Notes under the pieces: generated by a model
Database searches by the model: none
Told to the model about the DNA's origin: nothing
Seen by the model: the letters and a program-made list of their open reading frames with translations, nothing else
Source: Isurus oxyrinchus
Taxonomy: Eukaryota
Assembly (NCBI GenBank): GCA_026770705.1
Contig: JANJGN010000004.1
Span: 136,710,001 to 136,774,000 of the forward strand
Direction: 5' to 3'
Length of the DNA stretch: 64,000 nucleotides
Made by a program: the position numbers and the translations under genes
In this document: piece by piece, positions 52,905 to 64,000 of the stretch
How the letters are laid out: every line of letters begins with the position of its first letter
How positions within the stretch are numbered: position 1 is the stretch's first letter

Positions 52905-53619
52905 AATCTCGGGCCCAAAAAGTGCGGGAAAACAAGTTGATCGCACGGATTTTTTTTTTGTCCTGTTGGTAGGGAGCAGAGTTGGATGGTGGTAACAGAA
53001 AATGAAGAAAGGAAAGAGAGAAGAAAAAAAGGAATAAAACTGCGATCAAAGCAACGCACACAGACACACACACATAAGGAGCAGTGAATGAATGAGTGAG
53101 TGTTGATCAACAGTAAGCGAAACAAATGAGGACCAAAAAAAAAATAAGAATAAAAAAGAAGATCCCGATCAGGGTACGCAAGTGTCGGGAGGCCAGATCC
53201 AGGGCAACACGCAGTCAGCCATTCAGGAAACCAATCTAGGAGGGAACGAGGGGTTAAAGATTATAGGAGTTGGGGAAAAAGAGACGACCTCAATTCGAAG
53301 GAACACACACACACACACAAGAAAAATAACCACGCGATCCGAAGTAAAGTATGGCGAGTGTTAAATCCCTTCTTCTCCGGAGAGGAACAGAAAATAGAAG
53401 ATCTGAATTGTCAGAGAGAGAAAAAAACTCACCAGGACAAAAAAAAAGGACGGCCGACGTTAAAGCGCCCTATTTTCACCTCTCATGCGGAGTGGAGAGA
53501 GAAAGAGAGGAAAGAAAAAACAATTAATAGAATATGCAAGGGGGAGACAAAATGAATGCGTTTAAACGGGAAGACTAGCGGAGCAATTTTTCCGAAAGGG
53601 GGATCTGCGCGAATGTCTG

Positions 53620-53810
53620 TATATAGTGAACTTTGACACTACTATTGAAACTGACACGTTTCTATGGAGATCGCTGCCTTATATGGAGCTCATGTCAAGG
53701 AGCCAAGAGAGGGGCTGTTGGCAACTGATAATCAAAGGCGACTGGTCATAGCCCTGAATTGGGGCTGGGGAGGCTAAGGTTAGCCAGCCTCCTGCACACT
53801 ATTGGTTAGC
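53620..53810 (-). promoter_or_regulatory. NR2F1 core promoter: CCAAT, CArG/TATA composite and DR1
   Basis: On the minus strand: CCAAT at 53805-53801, CCATATAAGG at 53686-53677 (perfect CArG containing TATAA), and GTGTCAaAGTTCA DR1 at 53639-53627. TSS inferred near 53650. Confidence 0.75.
53627..53639 (-). promoter_or_regulatory. DR1 nuclear receptor element (RXR/RAR/COUP-TF)
   Basis: GTGTCA-A-AGTTCA, the DR1 type recalled from mammalian COUP-TF promoters. Confidence 0.75.
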
Positions 53811-56800
53811 CGTCTTATTTATTACCTACGACGCTCTGACAAGCAAAATTTACATTAGATCTCCTGCGCTGGTATTTACTTTGAGACCTTATTAGTATGG
53901 GTCGCCTGTGGTCACCACAAAAAAGCAACACGAGGACCTTGTGCTTGTAATAAAACAATGCAACGAGCAGCCTCGAAATTTCAGATTATGAAAAAAAAGT
54001 TAGTTGACAATCAAACTTTCTTTTCGTATTTTAATGGATCATTGTTTAAAAATAAATAAATAAAACGGGCACCCCATCCCTTTTGTGTGAAAGCGAAAAA
54101 AAACATTGTTTGTGCTGTTGCAATATTAATTCGGTGAGCGACTGTTTTTTATATTTCATTTTTATTCTGTTTTGAATTATCCTTTGATGCCTCGCTATAA
54201 TGCCGGTGAGATTCCAATTGTGATTTTCAGAGGACGGAAAGTTGCCATTGTGTGTAGACTGGGGAGCTGTGCTTGTAACTGTAGGATAAGTCCAGCAGAA
54301 AGTGCGGAGGCTGTTAACGTGCCTTGTATTTGACGTAAATTAAATCTCAGAACAGCTGTATCCGGCTGCCATCTAGCGTACAGTAGACAATTATCAAATA
54401 TAATACACACCCAGCTGGATAACCCACCAGATGGGCTTTTATTGAGGGATTTGTTTAATGCGAATAATTTATTGAATTTTAAAGTAAGTATTTTAAACTA
54501 TTAATCCAAATGTTATTAACCCTAAAATTTCAGAATGAATCATTATATTAGTGGAAAAAAATGAAAACCACGATCCAATCGACCCAGATTATTATTCGTT
54601 TCATAAAATTCTGGGTTACTGCTCCATATATATTGAAACAACGTTCGAAACTTGAAGATGTAATGTTATCACCAATCAGCCACGACAAAAACGCTTAACT
54701 CTAATAAAAGCAAATAGATTCTCGGTGACAAACAGCCATAAGTAAGATAATGCACTGTCTTTATGATTAATTAATGCATTACATCCATCCCTTACTTCTA
54801 ATTTTTACTTTGTTCAAAAATAAAGCGTAAACTCAGCTTGGTGGACCTTCATAATTGGTTAGATAACTTAAAAGAAGAAACACCAGCGGCCTTTTGTACC
54901 ATTCAATGTACACATACGCGCACAAATTTGATCAACTAGTTTAATTTTAATGAAATGAATTCGATTCTTGCATGTTGCCTTGGTTAAACACAGTTTACAA
55001 TCGGATTCCATCCTCAACCGCCCCTATTGTATATGCATTGATGAAGCGCCGTTATTATGCAACAGTGGATCTCGTCTCTCTCTCCCCCTTCTTTCTCTCT
55101 CTCTCTTGCTCCTTAAATAAAGTCTCGGTCATGTCTTATGATTAGTGAAAAGGTGAAACGAATAAGATTAAAGGGAACAAAGAGAAAATTCTGTAAGTGT
55201 ATCATCAGGGCTTTCCTCCTTAGAATGGGGCAGAGTGGACATTGGAATGGAGGCTGCCTCTCTCCTCGCAACTTGCTTGAAGTGTGAAGAGCTTAAAACA
55301 GGCACCTGTAACCGACGGGAGCGAGAATCGTCAAAGCACGCCAGCAGGCAAGTAACAACTTTACTTTCATTCTCTGTATGATGCTTGGATTTTAGAAAAA
55401 GCCGCTCGAAATAGTCCGCGGCTCCCTGAAGCACTAAATTCTTTAAACATGAGGCTGACATGCTGTGCCTCCAAAGGCTATTTATGTATTACTGTGTCTG
55501 CTAATGAAAGGAAATAATTATTATTGTATATCATACAATACGCACTGCAATGATAAAGCTGTTAGCGACCGAATATTTTCCCTACGGTCACAGCAATGTT
55601 GTTCCAAAGCCATTCTGGTGCTTATGTGCAAAACAAGGAGTAACGGTGGATTTATTCATGTGTGCTTATGTTCTGATTACTACTGTCGCTAATCTTAAAG
55701 TAACTAGATTTATAGGCATTAGGCATATATAGTGCAGCGCACATGGAGCAGGAATCGTCTCCCTATGTTTCAGCTGATGTGCTCTTTTAAAAAAATCAAG
55801 AGCGGCGTGAAACCGAGGTATGCCCAACTTGTAAGCTTCAGAAAGTAAGCTTCTCACCTGCTCTATTTGTTGTTTGATCACCTAATGAAAAGATCGATTG
55901 GCCAATGTTTGGCTAAGTGATAGTGTCAACAGATAAAGAAACAGCAAAATGATCGACTGGCCCCGGAATACAGACACACAATACACTGCTGCTGCCACCC
56001 GCCCGAGCCCTCAGTCACTCTCAGTCCTCTCTCCCTCCCTCTCTCCCTCTCAGTGCTTCTTCTCCATTTCAATAAATACGGTAGTGTTTTGACAGAGGGT
56101 GGTGCAAAAGTAGTTAGAAGAAAATAGCAATTCTGTAATGTGAGTTTAAGAGAAAGCTGGATTCATATGTGCAGTTCAGAAACGGAGAGGAAAGGGAAAA
56201 TTGCCTTCAGCGGGAGGTCGGATCGTTTCAGGCCGGGCCTGAGGTAGGGAGAACCGGTGGCAAAATGACGTGGAGTCGGTACCTCCCAGCCTTACTATCC
56301 TCGAGGTATTTTGGAATTAATGACCGTACCTACACTGTTCAGCAGTATCTATGTCATGCAGTTCAGCTGATTGACTTCCTTATTCTTGTACTTCTTAGAT
56401 TCTGAGTTTAAGAGCTGAATTTCAAGGTATACCTCAAACCGAAATACTTCATCCGCATTCAGCTCCCATCCTGAAGAATAAACAGCTCAGTTTCAAGTCC
56501 TTGACATTTGTTTTTTTGGCCACAGATATTTAAGCAAAAACACGGGGCATTGCTCTGTCCTGTAAATTAATCCTCCCCCCCCCCCCCCCCCCCCGCCAGT
56601 TAAAAAAAAGTAGCCTAGTTTTAGCAGGTTGTAGATGTTACTTGAAGAGCCTTGAATTTATATCAACATGCTGCAGTCTTCTTTAGATATTTAAAAGCGC
56701 AATCTTGTAAATTTGAAACAAACATGAATACCGATGATAATTGTTATAATATAGTCAGAGCGAAGATTTTCCAGTGAGAATTAATGTATTTTGTTGCCTG

Positions 56801-59800
56801 ATTTTTCCATCCAACCCACCCACCAAGAGCATCTGGTTTGTAGACTTTTGTAAATCTTGGGAAAAAAATGGCTGGTCTTTCAGTTAGATCTCCTCCCCCC
56901 TGTTAGGGCCGCTGACCTGCCCCATTACCCAAGGTTTTTTGCTGAGTTCCCGAGGGCAAAGAGAGAGAGGGAGAGAGAATTTTAACTTTTCCAGCTGTAT
57001 CGAGTCAGCCACGGTGCAAAACATTTTTTTAAACGAGACATTTTCTTGCAGTTTCCCTACTCAAATGCAAACATGAGCCGTGAATTCTTCTGAAAGCTAT
57101 GACTCGTGTGTCTGAGCTTTAACTTGCGCACGGAATCTAAAGGCAACGAAAATGCACAGCCAAGAGAAACTATGAAATGAACACAAAGGCAACGCATTCA
57201 CTGTCTCCCTAGTTCACTGCAGCATTTTATCTGTGCCCCACTCTCAGCTCCACAGATATAAAGTTACCTAACTGAACATTGGCCTGGTTTTACTGAGATC
57301 GCCCTTTGCTTCCCTATCGCACAGGGATAAATAAATAAAACAAAAATACTTCATTGATTCATCATTTCAAACGTTATTTTTTGTGTGCGTGCTTCCAGCA
57401 GCTAAACCTCACTTGATTTAATCTGCAATAAGTTAGGTGATTAAGTGTCTAAAATGATCCCATCCAGAGTTAGTTCCATTGGCACAACTGAAAAGGGCTG
57501 AATCCTGTAGTATTTGGTGTTAGATTTCTGTGCCTCGGCCTAATTTGTCTAAAGAAAGTTATGTTTTATCCACAGCCACCAGTAAGGAGGTATGGTAGTG
57601 ACAGATGCGGATCACTTTAGCTGTTTATATAAGCAATACCGGCTTTCTGGATATTTTTACTCAACTGTAAACAGGCACGGAGAACTTTAGGTCACATCCT
57701 ACGTGTGATAATAACAGACAGATGTTTAAAACACATAAAAATATACACGAAGCATTTTTTAAGCTAACTCTCGTTCTTTAAGTCTCTTGAAGCGTCAAAA
57801 AGAAGAGGAGGGGTTCTTTGTCCGAATTCATCCCTGGCTATTCTGGGGGTGAATTTGGTGTGAAAGGGACGAGAAGGTCACTTGACATCGCCTTTTATCT
57901 ACTGGCGTTCTCTCTGTGGATCATCGGATCTGAATAGACACATCTAATCGCACTTAATGGAAACTTGGCGAGAAAGCGAAAACGCGCCTTTACCTGCATT
58001 TACCGTTAGAATCAGCGCAGCTAATTGCCTCACCCCTTTGCTTTAATGTAATCTCAAAACAAATCGAAAGCCTTAGGAATTTTTGGAGGCCTTATAATTG
58101 GCTTGTAATAAACCCACATTTTAACTCAATCCTCTCTCATTGACATGTCTGGGGTACTCTACTTGAGCAAGTTTTTAATGAATGTGTTAGATTTATATAA
58201 TAATAACACTGTGGATGACAAAACAGTTTGGTGTGAAAACTTTTTCAGATAGTTTGCTACTATCAACTCCTTGCATGCCTTGTTTCATTGTTAATTACCT
58301 GAGGCCTGGTTTCATCAAAAAACAATTTAACTCAATCAATTTTCCAATCAGGACAGAGAAAGCATTCCATTCACGATTTTGGTGCTAGTCTGGGCCTAAA
58401 GGGAGTTTACTTGAATATTTGATTTTCCTTTCACTATATGTAACATGGTAACATATTGCGAGCCATGTAGCAGAAATCTTTAATAATAACAGAAGTAAAG
58501 TTGCTATATTACGTGCACTTATCTGGAACCTTAATGCCGTATACAACGTATATTTACTATGGTCATTAGGCGTGTAATATGAACAACAGATATAAAGATC
58601 ACATCTAAAGCTAAAATAAGTCTAAGCCTTTCAGTCTGCTCCCACTTAAACCCCCTATCGCGGCGCATAAAAGACCAAAAACAATTCAATATCCTTAATT
58701 AGGAAGGATGCACCTTTTCAAATTGGAACACGGTGGATGCAGATGAAATAGAAAATGAATGTTCGTGTGTTAAGTGTGTACTCTGGTGGGCCAGCAAAAA
58801 GAAAAACAGTTAAAAGACGAAGAGTACTAGGAGACATTCTGAACCATATGAGTGATACATATATGATCATGTTGTGCATTAACAAAATAGCCTCTGTGTG
58901 CGAGCCAAACGTGCAGGTCAGATTATATGACACATTAGATCATAAAAGGACAGTTCAATATTAAAACTTTTACAAAACGACAATGCGAATCATTTGTTTC
59001 GGATCCTTTAGCATCACTCTGAAGATACCTCCAAAACAGTAATAGTTTAGAAGTCGATTTTTTTTTAGCAGGACTAATTGCAAACAATGATGCTTAGAGT
59101 GCTTTTACAATTAGACGGTGGTTGGATCTTCTTGGAGGAACTGTCAGCTCCAGCAATGGGTAATTGCTTTATTGCCCACAAAACCGCCATCTATTTAGAA
59201 CATACGTGCTAATTACGGTGAATGGGCGTATAAGCAGATATCATAAATCTATTAGCATCATACAAATCGACGGTTTAACTAAGGACTCCATATAATTACA
59301 TATATTATTTGAGATCATAGTCCTCTGGACAGCCTCATCCCACAGCACTAACTAAACGCATGTCCTGCTGAAGCCTGGTCGCTTTGGGCATGGACGTTCG
59401 AAAAATACACACAAATAAACTTTGCCCCCTGAATCGTTTTCCACGCAGTTTCCCGGGAACTCGTGGACAGACCCCAAGCTGTTTTGTGTAAAGTGAATTC
59501 TGATGGCAGGTAATTTCAGTTGTTTAATGAGTAAAAGTTTGCAAACTTTCTCTAAAACGGTAATGATGATCTTAGCTTTTCATTCCATGTTTTGCTCAGG
59601 CGGTGTTTACTCCTGGAAAGAGTAATCAGTCTTCTCTGGTCGTAATAAGTGTGAATTCAATACTGTTTTGGACTTGATCGTGCGGGCTTGGTGTTGGCAC
59701 AGTTTCATTTCCTTTGCTAGCCGTTCTTCTAAGGGATCGGGTTGTGATTTCTGCACGAGTTAATTATATTCCTTTTTATTTCCTTGTTTTTAATATGTCT

Positions 59801-62800
59801 TTATTTTCACATTTCTCTGCCAAAGTTTAATTATGCACAATTAACACAGAAACTTAAAGAGAATACTGTTTTGATGAAACAATATTTGTACGGGATAGCA
59901 GCCTAGTCAATCTGTTGTTTGATCTAATAATAGCATTAACTGATCAAAGTTATGATTAAATAGTGAATTAATCATGGCCCCTATTTAAGAAAAAAAAGTA
60001 TGTGGACTAAAACCATAATCGCTGGAAACCCATGAACCATCAAGTAGAATTGAGTTTGACGGGACTGTACCAGCCCAGGCAAGGTGTAGGGACCAGACGG
60101 CAAGGAAACAATTAACACCGAATGACAGTTTATTTGGACTTACAGTCTTTCACCGGACCCAATATCAACCGCTTAAATCTAACTCCTGGAGTCGGCGTGG
60201 ACCTATCCATTGAGGTGACCATTAGCTCAGATACCACGGACTATGTGCATCTCATTGAGAAGGAGTTAGCCTCTGTGAATTAAAACAGAAAATGATGCAC
60301 TGCCAAAGTGCACAATAAAGTCAGAATATTTAATAACAACTCTCCCGACGCGTCATGAATCGTAATGCACACCAAATATTTGTCTAGTTTGGTATGAGGA
60401 TTGCAGCTATTTATTGGGATGTTATTATTCGTTTTCTTTCCCAAAGGTAAGCTGCTTAAATTATGGAAAATACATCTTTCTTACGTATTTAGAGCCGAGG
60501 TCAATCAGAAGACCTAGCATTCCTTTGGTTGGACAATTGATATTTAGAAGGCCAATTCTTAAAAAAAAACTGTATATATTCAGTGGTGAATCCATAAGAA
60601 GGACCGATTCCCTTACATTTTAAGTCTCAGGAAGGAAAGTGTTAATAATTTAATTGAATTTTCAATCGAGCAAGGGTGACTAGAACCATATTATCCTAGT
60701 CTGTAACTCAAATATCCATTTAACATTATTTGTATGGACTTCTAGCTAATATCATTATTAAAGTTCCCACAGCTCAATTCATATATAGATTAAAGTCTGA
60801 TCAAAAAGAAACGTGATTGAAAGCAATCTTTAATCTATAATTCCAGCTACACTACATTTTTGTTCCAATAGATACGTGACTACTGATTTTGATCACGTGA
60901 TTTCTAATCTGCTGAAGAGTGGGTAGCATTTGAATCAATATCAGTGATTTTTTTTCCTCCTTTTCTTTAAGAAACCATCTAATCTCATAATATATTCTAT
61001 CATGATTTATACAGATTTCTGACAAAATAATATTTTGTACAGTTAACTTAGGAAGATAAAACGATCATGATGCCCAGTATTATCCTTACAAGTAATATTG
61101 CTGATCAAATGAATCGACAGTTTTTTAAATGATTTAAATTAAATGCTATGTTTTCTCTATGTAAAATGTCAAACACATGCACCCTTCTGTGTGTCTATGT
61201 GAGGATGGGGGAAGGGAAACGTCTGGCATGCGGCAAGCCAGAAGTGGGGTGTGCATTAACAGTTATATGAATGTCATTGGAGCCCAGCTCATATTTCCTT
61301 AAAGGGAAAAGCGAGAAATTTCGTAGAAATGATTCAATGAAACATTTCACCTGTCACAATTTGAACATCATGCTATGGGGTAAAAGATAGCTGGTTATAT
61401 AATACAGTCAAACTCAAATTGGTTACATATTTATCTTTTCCAAGACAAATTCTGTCCATATTAAATATATAAATGATGTTTTTCATTAATTTGTTTGAAC
61501 ATAATAAATTCAGAAAGAAGGCAATTAGGGAAATATAGAAAAGGTCGAAAGACCTGTGTGCTATCTGTGAAGGATGAATATTGGAGAGAGGGATGGACGG
61601 TGATCTCGTTCTGTTTTGAGCTCCCTCTGGAAGCAGGGAGTGAAATTGTTCCATTACAGGGTTTTATAGCCCTCACATCTCACATCTCAGGTGTTTGCAC
61701 AACTCCTCCTTAGAGCTTCTCCCACAAAACTGACAGGAGAAGAGAGAAAATGTGCCTTAATCGTTTTACTCGAACTGAGGGAAATTGGACCACGTCTTAC
61801 TAAAATAAGAGGGGCGGGGGAATTTGAAAGAACTCGTTACTAAAAGCCACAAATTAGCAATGAAAAGCAAGGTGTTGGGCGCCAACAGCAGTAACATTCG
61901 TATTTTAGGTCTCGTTGCTTTATAATACATTTTTAGATAGCTTATCAATCAGAACAGATAACTGACGTAAGCAGAAGTGTTTGCTGCTCGATTAAAGCAC
62001 GACATGATGTTGATTTTTTTTCCATTTAAAAAAGTTTTTGTTTTCTACAGAAAAGCGCTATATCTTCAAAATATTGCGGGAATTTAAGAAAATTGATGTT
62101 AAATTGCCACGGTGGTTTAAAATTTCAACACTTTTGTTGCAATATTTTCGTGCTTCTCTCCTTTCCAATTTCCCGCCATCCTCAATGCAATGTGTTATTT
62201 TACAATTCGTCTTATTACAAGTTTGTTCAATAGAGTATCATTAAAAAAAAACAGAAATCCCACCAGACACCATAACAAGCAGAAGGAAACTACAGTCTAA
62301 ATCTATAATACAAGACGTGGCAACTTCTACTGTCATAAGACGTACAATAGAGAGGCCTGAGATGCACTTTGTTACTGGTTACCACAAACTTCTTGTTTAG
62401 GATTGTATTTTTAATAATATAAATCAATAAGAAAATCAGTCGATTCTGGTTTTTTTCCCGAGGGGGCACAAATAAAATTTGGAGTTACAAACCATATTTT
62501 AGAAATCTAACATTTATTAATATATTAACACATATTTAACATTTTAGAGCAGATATCGCTGAAAGATAATTGAAGTCGCTTGCTATCTCTTCAATTATTG
62601 CAAACATAAACTGTTGTGAACTCGCTGCATTCAGCGTTCATGAGTATTCCGCGTCTTATGGAATTAACATTTTCATATTTAACGAGGTATATTAAATAAT
62701 AGGCTAACTCCATAGAACACAATACTAAGGAGCACTAGTTTCATATAAATATACCCACGTTTGCACTATACGACTAACATTTTCTATTATACCAATAAAG

Positions 62801-64000
62801 TATATACATACACGCACAATAATAAATGCTGATTATTCAGTTGGGCCCTATTATAATGATTTCCTAGTTATTATGTATCTTCATTTCTGACTTAGCAAAG
62901 CAACTTTTATGAAACAGAGTCCTCACGAAACACTTTTTCCTTATTGGGTTAGAAATATTGTTGCATCGTGTAACTCATTTTGACGAGGCACTTTTATAAT
63001 AATTTGTGAGGATTGTAATTCAGAGCTTTACAGTATCTATACCACCAAGTGATTGTTATATTGCTATCGGCTTTGTGGTCAACTGACCCGAAGCAGCTGA
63101 ATGTAAAACGCACAGAACGGTTCACTTCATTCACATTATAGTACCATTACTAGGGTCTTACTAAAACAGAGTTATCTGTCTACCTATCTGATTGATATGC
63201 AATATAGGGCAAGATGCTGAAAAGTCGTCTGTAGGGAGATAAACCATCGATATTTAATCGGTACCTGTAACTGAATCTGCATCGCTTCAAGACACGTTTT
63301 CATAAGTTAGGTTTACATTCATAAAGACATCTTGCATAGCCTGGGAAGTGTGGCTGAAATAGCTACATTAGTAGAATAAGATGTAAGACAGACCTTTTGA
63401 GAGTTGGATCTCAGTACCGGCAGGCGGGCGCGGGCCCCCACATCCTAACATAAAATAGTCAATATTTTAAAGGGTAATTGTGGATGATGGTTGGGTCACA
63501 TCAAATGTATATATGTAGACGGAAACTTCTCTAGACCCGCCGTTATTATCCTTACGCGCACGTGTAGCTCAGTTGTAAGGCAAATGGTTGCTCAAATCGA
63601 CTTTTCTCGGACTCTGTTCTTAATTATTTACTTTGTGAAACAGCCTCATATTCAGTAAATCACACCAGGGTCAAGTTCTTATTTATTTGTCCACCCAATT
63701 AAGTATAATTCCCAGTAATTTTGCACCCCACAATAAATGCTCATTTAGCCTTGGGTGCATACTTTGGGATCAGTATTTAACCCACTGAAATTATTAACAT
63801 TGGACAATCAACTTAAAATGTACAGCAACCAAATGAAATGATTCCCCAGGTTTTTTTTGCTGTATGTTGTGAGTGAGTGTCTATGGTATCCCCCAGGGCT
63901 CTTTCTCCCTGCCTGCTCCCTGATTTCGTGTATAAAAGCAGCTCTGAATGATGGATTACTGTGTCATTGCAGCCTGCGAAGGATTAATTTGTTTCATTGA

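Noticed and set aside
52611-52940. Antisense and alternative-frame ORFs over NR2F1 exon 1 (52611-52940, 52547-52864, 52627-52884)
   Set aside because: Shadow frames of GC- and CAG-rich coding sequence, with poly-L/S/A runs.
52905-52946. 14-aa N-terminal extension from an upstream GTG
   Set aside because: Non-ATG start; the conserved MAMVVS start has good Kozak context.

Overview
Vertebrate genomic DNA, most likely a cartilaginous fish (shark), judged from the CR1/L2 LINE and short-TIR repeat style. The window holds the complete three-exon NR2F1 (COUP-TFI) gene on the minus strand (CDS 52904-52439, 51751-51224, 49562-49288; 422 aa). It also holds the last coding exon and probable ~2.7 kb 3'UTR of FAM172A/ARB2A on the plus strand (CDS 20349-20500), tail-to-tail with NR2F1 as at human 5q15. 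Bases 1-20348 are inferred to be the last FAM172A intron; they are CpG-poor and full of decayed LINEs, SINE tails, MITEs and local duplications. From ~22 kb to the end I recognise no transposons and CpG is strongly retained despite AT-richness, consistent with a long unmethylated developmental-gene domain with many candidate enhancers. I find no demonstrably new biological system. The best leads are this CpG/transposon boundary, an RE1 + MARE + Pbx/Hox + Oct/Sox motif cluster at ~30.1 kb, a 5'UTR splice donor that could give a DBD-less NR2F1, three uORFs, a possible divergent lncRNA promoter, and chained inverted duplications at 15.9-17.9 kb. There is one 174-N assembly gap.
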